DNA of 64,000 bases from Candidatus Nanoarchaeia archaeon (GTDB taxonomy: Archaea; Nanobdellota; Nanobdellia; SCGC-AAA011-G17; JAFCDX01): assembly GCA_041651575.1 (NCBI GenBank), contig JBAZJB010000001.1, forward strand, positions 639,286 to 703,285. The letters are read 5' to 3'. Positions within the stretch are counted from its first letter, which is position 1. The number at the start of each line of letters is the position of its first letter. Positions 8,874 through 17,578 of this stretch are shown in pieces. The notes under the pieces were generated by a model, which saw only the letters and a program-made list of their open reading frames with translations, was not told the origin of the DNA and ran no database searches. The position numbers and the translations under genes were made by a program.

Positions 8874-11142
8874 AGTCAAATTAAAAGTTATGGAAGCACT
8901 GCAGGAAGAAGCATACAAAGGTATTGTTAGAATTGATGCTCAAACCATGAAAGATATTGGAGTTCATGTAGGTGATATTATAGAAATTGAATCAGGAAAG
9001 AAAACAGTGGGTATTGTTGATAGAGCTTATCCTACTGATGTTGGTCAATCTGTTATTAGAATGGATGGTATTATAAGAAAAAATGCAAAAACTTCTATTG
9101 GAGAATTTGTTACAATAAGAAAAGCAGATGTTAAAGAAGCAAAAAGCATTACAATCGCTCCTGCACAGCAAGGAATTATGGTTCAAGCAGATCCTGAAGT
9201 TTTCAAAAATGGATTACTTGGAAGAGCTGTTGTAAAAGGAGATCAAATTTCTCTTGGTGGTGGAGCTAGGAGAAGAAGAACATTTAGTGGAAGTCCTTTT
9301 GAAGATATTTTTGATGTGTTTGAATCTAATTTTGGAAATTTTGGAATGGGTGGATTAAAATTTGTTGTAATTAATACTGCTCCTAAAGATGGAGTTATAA
9401 TTACTGAAAATACTCAGATAAAAGTTAATCCAAAAGCAATGGAAGTTGATGAAGAAACAAAAATTATTGATGTTACTTATGAAGATGTTGGTGGATTAGA
9501 AGAAGAAGTAAAAAAAGTTAGAGAAATGATAGAACTTCCTATGAGACATCCTGAATTATTTAAAGCTCTTGGTATTGATCCTCCAAAAGGAGTTTTATTA
9601 CACGGTCCACCTGGAACAGGAAAAACATTATTAGCTAAAGCTGTTGCATCAGAAACAGAAGCAAATTTTATGTTGATTAATGGTCCTGAAATCATGAATA
9701 AATTTTATGGTGAATCTGAGAAAAAAGTAAGAGCTATTTTTGAAGAAGCAGAAAAAAGTGCACCTTCTATTATATTCATTGATGAAATTGATGCTATTGC
9801 TCCAAAAAGAGAAGAAGTTCAAGGTGAAGTTGAACGTAGAGTTGTTTCACAATTATTAACAATGATGGATGGATTAAAAGGTAGAGGTAATGTAGTTGTT
9901 ATTGGAGCTACTAACAGACCAAATTCAATTGATCCTGCTTTAAGAAGACCTGGTAGATTTGATAGAGAAATACAAATTGGAATTCCAAATAAAATTGGAA
10001 GATTAAATATTTTAAAAATTCATACAAGAAACATGCCATTAACAGAAGATGTTAATTTAGAAAACTTGGCTGAAATTACTCATGGTTTTGTTGGTGCTGA
10101 TGTAGAAAGTTTATGTAAAGAAGCTGCTATGAGTGTATTAAGAAATATATTACCTTCAATAAAATTAAAAGAAAAAGAAGCTTTACCAAAAGAAGTTCTT
10201 AATAAATTAAAAATTACTATGGATGATTTCAAAAATGCTTTAAAAATTGTTAGACCTAGTGCTATGCGTGAAGTACTTGTTGAAATTCCAAATGTACACT
10301 GGTTTGATATTGGTGGATTAGAAGAATTAAAACAAGAATTAAAAGAAGCAGTTGAATTGCCATTGAAAAATCCTAAAGCTTTTTCCAAATTAGGAATAAA
10401 AGCTACAAAAGGAGTTTTGATTTATGGTCCTCCTGGAACAGGAAAAACTTTACTTGCTAAAGCTGTTGCTAATGAATCTCAAGCTAATTTTATTTTAGTT
10501 AGAGGTCCTGAATTGTTAGATAAGTTTGTTGGAGAATCTGAAAAAGGTGTTAGAAAAATATTTGAAAAAGCAAGACAAGCTAGTCCTGCTATTGTATTTT
10601 TTGATGAAATAGATTCTATTGCACCAAGAAGAGGTTCACAAGGAACAGATGCAGGTGTGACAGAAAGAGTTGTTAATACTATTTTGACTGAAATGGATGG
10701 ACTTGAAGAATTATCTGATATTGTTGTAATAGCTGCTACTAATAGACCTGATTTGATTGATCCTGCTTTACTTAGACCAGGAAGATTTGATAGAATTATA
10801 TTTACAGGAATGCCTGATAAAGAATCAAGATTGCAGATATTAAAATTACATACTGCTAAAATGCCTTTGGCTAAAGATGTTAAACTTGATAAATTAGCAG
10901 AATTGACAGAAGGATTTATGGGAGCAGATATTGAAGGTCTTTGCAGAGAGGCTGGATTATTGACTTTAAGAATGGATCTTAAGGCTAATGAAATTGGCAT
11001 GGAAATGTTTGAAAAAGCTCTTGAAAAAACCAAACCTTCTGTTTCAGAAGATGACTTGAAAAGGTATAAGGCAATTGAAGAGCAGTATTTGAAAAAAGCA
11101 AGAAGTGCTACTTTAGAGAATAGACAAGAGTATTTTGGATAA
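8866..11142 (+). CDS. cdc48: Cdc48/VCP-like double AAA+ ATPase
   Basis: Two AAA modules, each with [15 protein letters not shown] Walker A and IIFIDEID / IVFFDEID Walker B, plus an N-terminal double-psi barrel region. ATG at 8866; the track start 8860 is a TTG. Confidence 0.93.
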   Translation: MSEVKLKVMEALQEEAYKGIVRIDAQTMKDIGVHVGDIIEIESGKKTVGIVDRAYPTDVGQSVIRMDGIIRKNAKTSIGEFVTIRKADVKEAKSITIAPAQQGIMVQADPEVFKNGLLGRAVVKGDQISLGGGARRRRTFSGSPFEDIFDVFESNFGNFGMGGLKFVVINTAPKDGVIITENTQIKVNPKAMEVDEETKIIDVTYEDVGGLEEEVKKVREMIELPMRHPELFKALGIDPPKGVLLHGPPGTGKTLLAKAVASETEANFMLINGPEIMNKFYGESEKKVRAIFEEAEKSAPSIIFIDEIDAIAPKREEVQGEVERRVVSQLLTMMDGLKGRGNVVVIGATNRPNSIDPALRRPGRFDREIQIGIPNKIGRLNILKIHTRNMPLTEDVNLENLAEITHGFVGADVESLCKEAAMSVLRNILPSIKLKEKEALPKEVLNKLKITMDDFKNALKIVRPSAMREVLVEIPNVHWFDIGGLEELKQELKEAVELPLKNPKAFSKLGIKATKGVLIYGPPGTGKTLLAKAVANESQANFILVRGPELLDKFVGESEKGVRKIFEKARQASPAIVFFDEIDSIAPRRGSQGTDAGVTERVVNTILTEMDGLEELSDIVVIAATNRPDLIDPALLRPGRFDRIIFTGMPDKESRLQILKLHTAKMPLAKDVKLDKLAELTEGFMGADIEGLCREAGLLTLRMDLKANEIGMEMFEKALEKTKPSVSEDDLKRYKAIEEQYLKKARSATLENRQEYFG

Positions 11143-11143
11143 A

Positions 11144-11452
11144 ATGAAAACGTTATTGGAACTAAAGAAAGAACTGCAAGATCTCCAAAACAAACATAAA
11201 GATATATCTGATAGAATAGAAACACAAAATAAGATTGATAAATTAAAGGAACAAATTATATTATTAGAATTAAAAAAGATTAAACCTGCAAAAAAAGTTA
11301 ATAATCCTGTTTTGAAGGTTATTAAAACTATTTTTATAGGATTTGGTAAAACAGGAAAGTATATTTGGAATAATGGTTTGAAAGGAATGTTTGAACATTT
11401 AGGAAGAGCAGGGATTAAAATGCACAATCTTGATAATAAAAAAAAGAAATAA
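11144..11452 (+). CDS. small coiled-coil hypothetical protein
   Basis: ATG at 11144 directly follows the cdc48 stop. Charged heptad-like N-terminal half. Confidence 0.35.
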   Translation: MKTLLELKKELQDLQNKHKDISDRIETQNKIDKLKEQIILLELKKIKPAKKVNNPVLKVIKTIFIGFGKTGKYIWNNGLKGMFEHLGRAGIKMHNLDNKKKK

Positions 11453-11453
11453 A

Positions 11454-12101
11454 ATGAGCTTTAAACTATCCCCCAGTTCGTTATCTTTAATGGAAGATTG
11501 TCCTAGATGTTTTTGGCTTACACAACATAAAGTCTGGTCAAGACCTGCATCTATATTTCCTTCTTTACCTTCTGGAATGGATTCTATTTTAAAGAAACAT
11601 TTTGATAAATTTATGGAAAAAGGAGAATTACCTCCTGAATTGAATAAATCTGAGTGTAAAGGTAGTTGTAGCTTGTTTAATGATCAGGAAAAACTAAGTA
11701 TTTGGAGAAGCAATTTTAAAGGCATTTCTTTTACTGATAAAGAGGGAAATATATTACATGGGGCTATTGATAATATACTTGTTAAAGGAAAGAAATTGAT
11801 TGTTTTGGATTATAAGACTAGAGGATTTCCATTAAAAGAAGATACTCATGAACATTATCAGAATCAACTGGATATTTATAATTTTTTACTTAGAAAAAAT
11901 GGATATGAAACAGAAGATTATGGTTTTTTATTGTTTTATCATCCTAAAGAAGTTTTAGAAAATGGGGATGTTGTTTTTAATACTGATCTTAAGAAGATGA
12001 AAATTGATGTTGATAACGCTAAGAAAATATTTATTAAGGCTATTGAGTTGCTAAATAAGGATTGTCCTACTAAACATTGTGTTTGGTGCGAGGGGAAATA
12101 A
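11454..12101 (+). CDS. Cas4-like PD-(D/E)XK nuclease with cysteine cluster (stand-alone, no CRISPR nearby)
   Basis: N-terminal CPRCFWL. GAIDNILV...VLDYKT gives D...(D/E)xK. QLDIYNFLL is QxxxY-like. C-terminal CPTKHCVWC. ATG at 11454. Confidence 0.7.
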   Translation: MSFKLSPSSLSLMEDCPRCFWLTQHKVWSRPASIFPSLPSGMDSILKKHFDKFMEKGELPPELNKSECKGSCSLFNDQEKLSIWRSNFKGISFTDKEGNILHGAIDNILVKGKKLIVLDYKTRGFPLKEDTHEHYQNQLDIYNFLLRKNGYETEDYGFLLFYHPKEVLENGDVVFNTDLKKMKIDVDNAKKIFIKAIELLNKDCPTKHCVWCEGK

Positions 12102-12102
12102 G

Positions 12103-15100
12103 ATGGAAAATTTGTTTTTAACAGATCAGGATGTTATAAAGATTTTTAAAGAACATTTAAAAATAGAAAGCAGGGTTATTCCAATAGAAGAATTATTTAA
12201 GATTAGAAATAAAAATAAAATAGATTTTAAACCTTATTACCAGAGAAATTATGTTTGGAATAATGAAAAAGCATCATATTTTATCGAAAGTTTATTAATT
12301 GGAACAGAAATTCCCCCACTCATTTTTTTCCATGGAAACAATAATAATATTGAGATTATTGATGGTAGGCAAAGATTTGAAACAATATATAATTTTTTAG
12401 AAGATAAATTAACATTAAATGAAAAGGGTTTAATTATACTTAAAAGTTTAGATAAAATAAAGTATTCTAAATTGGCCCCAGAATTATTAACTAGATTTTT
12501 AGAATCTAAGATTAGGGTAATTGATTTTAAATTAATTAATGAACCTAAATTGGATATAAAAAAAGAAGATTTAATTAAAAAAGAAATTTTCAGAAGGTAT
12601 AATTCAGGAATAACTCCTTTGAGAAGGTCCGATGTAGATAAAGCCGTTTTCATAGACGATCCCATTACTAAAAAGCTAAAAGATAAATTTGTTGCAGATA
12701 AAGATTTTTATTTAAAAAATGTAGTGCTATTTTATCCCAAAAAAAGGGATTATAATAGTAAATCTACATTAGAAGAATTAATTTCTAAGATTAGATTATT
12801 ACTCGTTCTTCATTTAATACCTACTAAATATTATTCTACATTAAAAAATAGAAAAGATATAATGAATATGCTTTATAATAAATATTCCGAAGAGCAAGAA
12901 GATTTAACCTCTTTTTTAAATGAATATGAAAAAAAGATATCCTATATTAATAATATTAAAAATAGTTTCAGTACAGATAATTATAACCAATTAATGTCAG
13001 AATGTCTTTTTTGGGTTTTTAATGTTATTGAAAATGAAGGGTACTCATTAAAAGACATTTTAGATGTACCTTTTATAGAAAGTATATCTAAGAGTTTAGA
13101 AAATAATTGTGATATTTATAGTGAAAAAAATTCACATTTTTTTAAAGAATTTAATCAAAGATATAGATTTACTTTAGAGATATTTGAAAAAAAATTAATG
13201 AAAGATTTTAAAATTTATTTAGACTTATATAATGCTAAAGAAGTGAGGGATAACATTGACTTATCCAAAACTGATGAAAAGGCAGGAATTTTAGAAAATT
13301 CATTTATTACAAAACCTGCTCCAATGGATATGACCATAGAATCTATAATTATTAAGATGGAAAGGAATAATTTTAAGGTTAGGCCTATCTATCAAAGAAG
13401 CGAAGTTATGAACATAAGCAAAGCTTCCTCTTTAATTGAAAGTATTTTATTGGATATAAAATTACCTCCTATATTTATTTATAAAAATAAAAATTCTGTT
13501 TCGGAAGTAGTTGATGGACAACAAAGAATTTTAGCTATTTTAGGTTTTATTGGAAAAAGTTATAAAGATGAAAATGGAAATATAGTTAAATCTAATAAAA
13601 ATGATTTTAAATTAAAAAATTTAACCATTTTAAAAGAATTAAATGGTCTTAAATTTAGTCAACTAGAAGAAAAATATCAAAATAGGATATTAGATTTTAA
13701 TTTATTCATTGTTGAAATTGATTCTTCAATTAATGAAAACTTTAATCCAATAGATTTATTTATAAGACTTAATTCTAAACCTTACCCTATTAAAGAAAAT
13801 ACTTTTGAAATGTGGAATTCATATGTGGATATAGAGATAATTAAAAAAATAAAGGAAAATACTAAAAAAATAGAAAATTGGTTTTATATTAAAAAACCCG
13901 AAAGTGATAAAAGGATGGAAAATGAAGAGTTGTATACCACCTTAGTTTATATAAATTATATGCAAGAGTATCAATCTGAGAAATTTTCTAAGATAGTTGA
14001 TATTCATAAAAGGGATGATAGAATTAATTGTAGGATTTCTGATAAAAAGGATATTTCAAAGGTATTAAATTATTCTTCTATAGATGAAAATGAAAAAGAA
14101 AAATTTATTGCTTCTATAAAAAATATTGAAGCAATTATGTTAAAAATCAAGACTTTATTAATAAGATCAAATATAGAAGAAGGAAAATTAGATAATTATC
14201 TAGAAAGTGAATTGGATAAATTATTCTATTTAAAAGCTAGGAGAAGATTACAAAATTTTTATCTTTTATACCCATTGATTAAAAGTATTAATTTAGAAAG
14301 AGTTAGAGAAAAAAGAGAAGAACTTTTTAATGATATTCTTGAGACTTATAAAAGAACCTCGAACCTTAAAGAAAATGAGGATGAGGAAGTTTATTTTGAA
14401 AAAATATCTTTATTGGATGATAAATGGACGCGTGACAAAAGGAAAATAATATTAACTTTAGAAGAAAAGAAACAAATATTATTAAATCAAAAAAATTTCT
14501 GTCCACTTTGTAATTCAGTTCTTTTCCATGGGGAAGATATCGAAGTAGACCATATAATTCCCATTTCCATGGGGGGAAAAGATAAAATAGAGAATTTACA
14601 AATTACTCATAAGGATTGTAACAGGAAAAAAGGAACTAAAAACATTAAAAAATATTTATATGAACCCATTAATTTAGAGGATATTGAAGTATACTTATCT
14701 AAGCACGAAAATGAAAATTTAGAATTTAAATCTACTTTATCCTGGAATATTAAAGGTAAATTAAGAGATACTGAAATTGAAAATTCGGTATTAAAAACTA
14801 TAGCTGCTTTTAATAACTTTGATGGGGGGGTATTACTAATAGGAATTGATGATAATAAGAATATATTGGGATTAGATTATGATTTTAAGGAAGGAAATTT
14901 AAAAGATGTAGACAAATTTGAGAATCATTTAAGGAATATTATCAAAGAAAGATTAATAGCAGAACAATGGTATATATCAAAAAACTTCAAAATTTCTTTT
15001 GAAAACATTGAAAATAAAATAGTTTGTATAATTAAAATTGATAAGGGCACAAAACCAATATATACTAAAGATAACAAATTTTTCATAAGAAACGGAAATA

Positions 15101-15162
15101 GAACTATTCAGTTAGAACTCAGCGAAATTGTACAATATGTAAAAAATAATTTTGAAGAGTGA
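12103..15162 (+). CDS. 1019-aa multidomain protein: DUF262 (ParB-like) x2 + HNH nuclease + AlbA_2/Schlafen-type domain
   Basis: Module 1: YYQRNYVWNNEKASYFIESLL...IIDGRQRFETI. Module 2, from about codon 425: IYQRSEVMNISKASSLIESILL...VVDGQQRILAI. HNH: CPLCNS...EVDHIIPISMGGKDKIENLQITHKDCNRKKG. C-terminus: NLEFKSTL...IAAFNNFDGGVLLIGIDDNKNILGLD. ATG at 12103 lies 1 nt after the Cas4-like stop. Confidence 0.8.
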   Translation: MENLFLTDQDVIKIFKEHLKIESRVIPIEELFKIRNKNKIDFKPYYQRNYVWNNEKASYFIESLLIGTEIPPLIFFHGNNNNIEIIDGRQRFETIYNFLEDKLTLNEKGLIILKSLDKIKYSKLAPELLTRFLESKIRVIDFKLINEPKLDIKKEDLIKKEIFRRYNSGITPLRRSDVDKAVFIDDPITKKLKDKFVADKDFYLKNVVLFYPKKRDYNSKSTLEELISKIRLLLVLHLIPTKYYSTLKNRKDIMNMLYNKYSEEQEDLTSFLNEYEKKISYINNIKNSFSTDNYNQLMSECLFWVFNVIENEGYSLKDILDVPFIESISKSLENNCDIYSEKNSHFFKEFNQRYRFTLEIFEKKLMKDFKIYLDLYNAKEVRDNIDLSKTDEKAGILENSFITKPAPMDMTIESIIIKMERNNFKVRPIYQRSEVMNISKASSLIESILLDIKLPPIFIYKNKNSVSEVVDGQQRILAILGFIGKSYKDENGNIVKSNKNDFKLKNLTILKELNGLKFSQLEEKYQNRILDFNLFIVEIDSSINENFNPIDLFIRLNSKPYPIKENTFEMWNSYVDIEIIKKIKENTKKIENWFYIKKPESDKRMENEELYTTLVYINYMQEYQSEKFSKIVDIHKRDDRINCRISDKKDISKVLNYSSIDENEKEKFIASIKNIEAIMLKIKTLLIRSNIEEGKLDNYLESELDKLFYLKARRRLQNFYLLYPLIKSINLERVREKREELFNDILETYKRTSNLKENEDEEVYFEKISLLDDKWTRDKRKIILTLEEKKQILLNQKNFCPLCNSVLFHGEDIEVDHIIPISMGGKDKIENLQITHKDCNRKKGTKNIKKYLYEPINLEDIEVYLSKHENENLEFKSTLSWNIKGKLRDTEIENSVLKTIAAFNNFDGGVLLIGIDDNKNILGLDYDFKEGNLKDVDKFENHLRNIIKERLIAEQWYISKNFKISFENIENKIVCIIKIDKGTKPIYTKDNKFFIRNGNRTIQLELSEIVQYVKNNFEE

Positions 15163-15217
15163 GTTATTAACTCAAGATTGCCCAAAGAAAACCTGGGAAT
15201 GGCGTGAAGGGAAATGA
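15158..15217 (+). pseudogene. decayed duplicate of the Cas4-like gene 3' end
   Basis: Ungapped alignment to 12042-12101 gives about 39 of 60 nt identical (hand count). Translation SELLTQDCPKKTWEWREGK* versus IELLNKDCPTKHCVWCEGK*. The cluster cysteines are replaced by W and R. Confidence 0.55.
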
Positions 15218-15375
15218 AAAAATTAAAAAAACCAATAAAATTAGAAGATTTATATTATAATACAAAAGGTCCAATTAAAACAATAACTTTTAACACTTTC
15301 AAAACAGTAACTTTTGGTAAACTAAAGAGCGCTATAACTGGAAAAGAAATAACTCTAAGAAAAAAGAAAAAATGA
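15214..15375 (+). CDS. possible 53-aa basic ORF (below the track length cutoff)
   Basis: ATGA overlap with the remnant stop. Translation MKKLKKPIKLEDLYYNTKGPIKTITFNTFKTVTFGKLKSAITGKEITLRKKKK. No family recognised and it may be non-coding. Confidence 0.2.
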   Translation: MKKLKKPIKLEDLYYNTKGPIKTITFNTFKTVTFGKLKSAITGKEITLRKKKK

Positions 15376-15478
15376 GAATTAAAATGATATCCCCTATTTA
15401 TAGGCCTTATAACCTTTGTTTTTAAGCATAATAAACAATCATTAAGTTAAAAATAATAGACTTAATGAATTAACAACC

Positions 15479-15489
15479 TTTATATATAA
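15479..15489 (+). promoter_or_regulatory. TATA box of the hsd operon
   Basis: TTTATATATAA lies 25 nt before the hsdM ATG, the same spacing as other leaderless genes in this window. Confidence 0.5.
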
Positions 15490-15503
15490 GTTCTACATTT
15501 CTA

Positions 15504-17276
15504 ATGAGTATGATATCTAACAAGAAGGATTGGTTAGAGAAAAGATATTACCTTTTATTAGAAGAATTTAAAGATAGAGAATTTGATAGAGAAGAAGTAA
15601 TAAAGGTTTTAACTGAAAAAAGCCATGACTATAAAGACAGTGTACCTGTAATACTGACAGAATTAAAAAATGAGGGTTATCTTAATGTTAGATTAGACCC
15701 AAAAGATTCTAGAAAAAGGCTTTATACTTTAAAATCAAACAATGAAATAATAAAAGAAAAATTAAATTTAAATAAAGAAGTCTTAACAAGACAAGATATT
15801 GATAGAATATTAAAAAAAGCAGCCGATTTAATTAGAACAAGGGTGGATTATAAATTTATACTTATATTACTTTTTTTAAAAAGAATTTCTGATAAATGGG
15901 AAGAAGAATTTGAACATGTATTAAAAGATATAGAAAAAGAGGGTTTATCTGGAGATGCAGCAATTAATGAAGCTAAACGTACAGAATATCATAAATTTGA
16001 TTTACCTGAAGAATACTTATGGGATAATTTAAGGAAAGAGGTTGAAAAACTTCCTGAAAAATTTTCTGAAGCATTGAAAAATATTGCTGAAAGAAATCCC
16101 GAATTGCGAGATGCTTTAGAAAATACTGATTTTATTCAATTTACATCAAATAATGAAAATGCTGAATTATTAAGACAGCTTGTTGAATTATTTTCAGAAA
16201 AGAAATTACATCATGTATCTCCCGATATATTAGGGGATGCCTATGAATGGATTTTGAGATATTTTGCACCAGATAAAGCCAAAGAAGGAGAGGTATATAC
16301 TCCCAGAGAAGTTATTCAACTTATTGTTGAAATCTTAAAACCTTTGGCAAAGGAAAGTGTTTATGATCCGACCTGCGGAAGTTCTGGAATGTTGATTTCT
16401 TCATATAAGTATGTTGAAGAAAAACAAGGAAAAGAAGGAGCAAGAAAATTATTTTTATTTGGACAAGAGTATAATCCTAAGACTTTGGCTTTAGGAAGAA
16501 TGAATATGTATATTCATGATATTAGAGACTTTAATCTACAAGGTGGTGATACTTTGATATATCCAAGATTAAAGCAAGGTGATGAACTACAAAAATTTAA
16601 CATTGTAATCGCAAATCCCCCCTGGAATCAAGATGGTTATGATGAATCAAGACTAAAGCAAGGAGAATTTTGGAAAACCCGTTTTAAATACGGTTTTGTT
16701 CCAGGACAATCAGCAGACTGGGCATGGATTCAGCATATGTTAGCTTCTTCTAAAGATGATACTGGGAGAATTGGGGTTGTCATGGATAATGGTTGTTTAT
16801 TCAGAAGTGGAAAAGAAAAAGCGATTAGGCAAAGAGTAATTGAAGAAGATTTAATAGAAGCAGTCCTTCTTTTGCCAGAAAAATTATTCTATAACACGGG
16901 AGCTCCTGGAGCAATCATTATTTTAAGGAAAAATAAACCTAAAGAAAGAAAAGGGAAGATTCTTTTCATCAATGCTTCAAATGAATATGAAAAACATCCT
17001 GATGTTAGAAAGCTGAATACTCTTACAAAAGAGAATATGAAGAACATAGTTCATGCCTATGACAAGTTTGAATATAAGGAAGGATTCTCAAGGGTGGTTG
17101 ATAAAAAAGAGCTTAAAGAAAATGATTTTAACTTGAATGTTTCATTATATATATATCCAGAAGAGGAACATGAAAATATTGATGTTCATAAAGAATGGTC
17201 TGAACTGAAAACATTAGAAAAAGAGAGAGGCGAATTAGACAAGAAGATTGAATTATTCTTGAAGGAGATAAAGTAA
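15504..17276 (+). CDS. hsdM: type I restriction-modification methyltransferase subunit HsdM with extra N-terminal winged-helix domain
   Basis: Motif I VYDPTCGSSGML. Motif IV IANPPWNQ (NPPW, N6-adenine). HsdM_N-like LFLKRISDKWEEE. The first ~95 aa look wHTH-like (LTELKNEGYLNVRLDPKDSRKRLYTL). Confidence 0.92.
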   Translation: MSMISNKKDWLEKRYYLLLEEFKDREFDREEVIKVLTEKSHDYKDSVPVILTELKNEGYLNVRLDPKDSRKRLYTLKSNNEIIKEKLNLNKEVLTRQDIDRILKKAADLIRTRVDYKFILILLFLKRISDKWEEEFEHVLKDIEKEGLSGDAAINEAKRTEYHKFDLPEEYLWDNLRKEVEKLPEKFSEALKNIAERNPELRDALENTDFIQFTSNNENAELLRQLVELFSEKKLHHVSPDILGDAYEWILRYFAPDKAKEGEVYTPREVIQLIVEILKPLAKESVYDPTCGSSGMLISSYKYVEEKQGKEGARKLFLFGQEYNPKTLALGRMNMYIHDIRDFNLQGGDTLIYPRLKQGDELQKFNIVIANPPWNQDGYDESRLKQGEFWKTRFKYGFVPGQSADWAWIQHMLASSKDDTGRIGVVMDNGCLFRSGKEKAIRQRVIEEDLIEAVLLLPEKLFYNTGAPGAIIILRKNKPKERKGKILFINASNEYEKHPDVRKLNTLTKENMKNIVHAYDKFEYKEGFSRVVDKKELKENDFNLNVSLYIYPEEEHENIDVHKEWSELKTLEKERGELDKKIELFLKEIK

Positions 17277-17277
17277 G

Positions 17278-17577
17278 ATGGAAGTAAAACGAGCTTTCCA
17301 AATTTTAGTTTATGGTATAGTCTTAATTGCCCTAATTGGAACTCTTATTGGGCTTTCCACCAAGGTAGTAGATAATATTATTAATCTATTTATTTCAGCA
17401 GGTTTGGGTTTAGTTTTTGCTGCAATTTCTGGAAAAGTTATTGAATTATTCTCAGATGATACTCTGAAAGAAATATTTTGGACAGTTGAATTTGAACTGT
17501 GGGGCTATGAGATTGAAATACCAATTTCCTTGTTTACTATATTCACAATAATAATTAGATTATGGTGGTTTGGATAA
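17278..17577 (+). CDS. 99-aa three-TM membrane protein embedded in the hsd operon
   Basis: Hydrophobic segments ILVYGIVLIALIGTLIGL, LFISAGLGLVFAAISG and ISLFTIFTIIIRLWWF. Starts 1 nt after the hsdM stop. Confidence 0.55.
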   Translation: MEVKRAFQILVYGIVLIALIGTLIGLSTKVVDNIINLFISAGLGLVFAAISGKVIELFSDDTLKEIFWTVEFELWGYEIEIPISLFTIFTIIIRLWWFG

Positions 17578-17578
17578 A

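Noticed and set aside
12079-12102. Track start of the giant ORF at 12079 (and similar TTG/GTG track starts at 8331, 8860, 11135, 17570, 18540, 47554, 51482; ATG starts at 7351, 11430, 32565, 41444)
   Set aside because: These starts overlap the preceding gene. In each case an in-frame ATG lies right after or at the upstream stop, or at the proper distance from a TATA box or SD, so I used the internal ATG.
14824-14830. Homopolymer tracts as phase-variation switches: G7 in the AlbA_2 domain of the giant gene, C6 at the NPPW motif of hsdM (16617-16622), G6 at 14573-14578
   Set aside because: They encode Gly-Gly or Pro-Pro in conserved motifs. A comparable C7 tract occurs in the housekeeping topA gene (3494-3500). 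The tracts are therefore not specific to defence genes, and no evidence of length variation is available from a single sequence.
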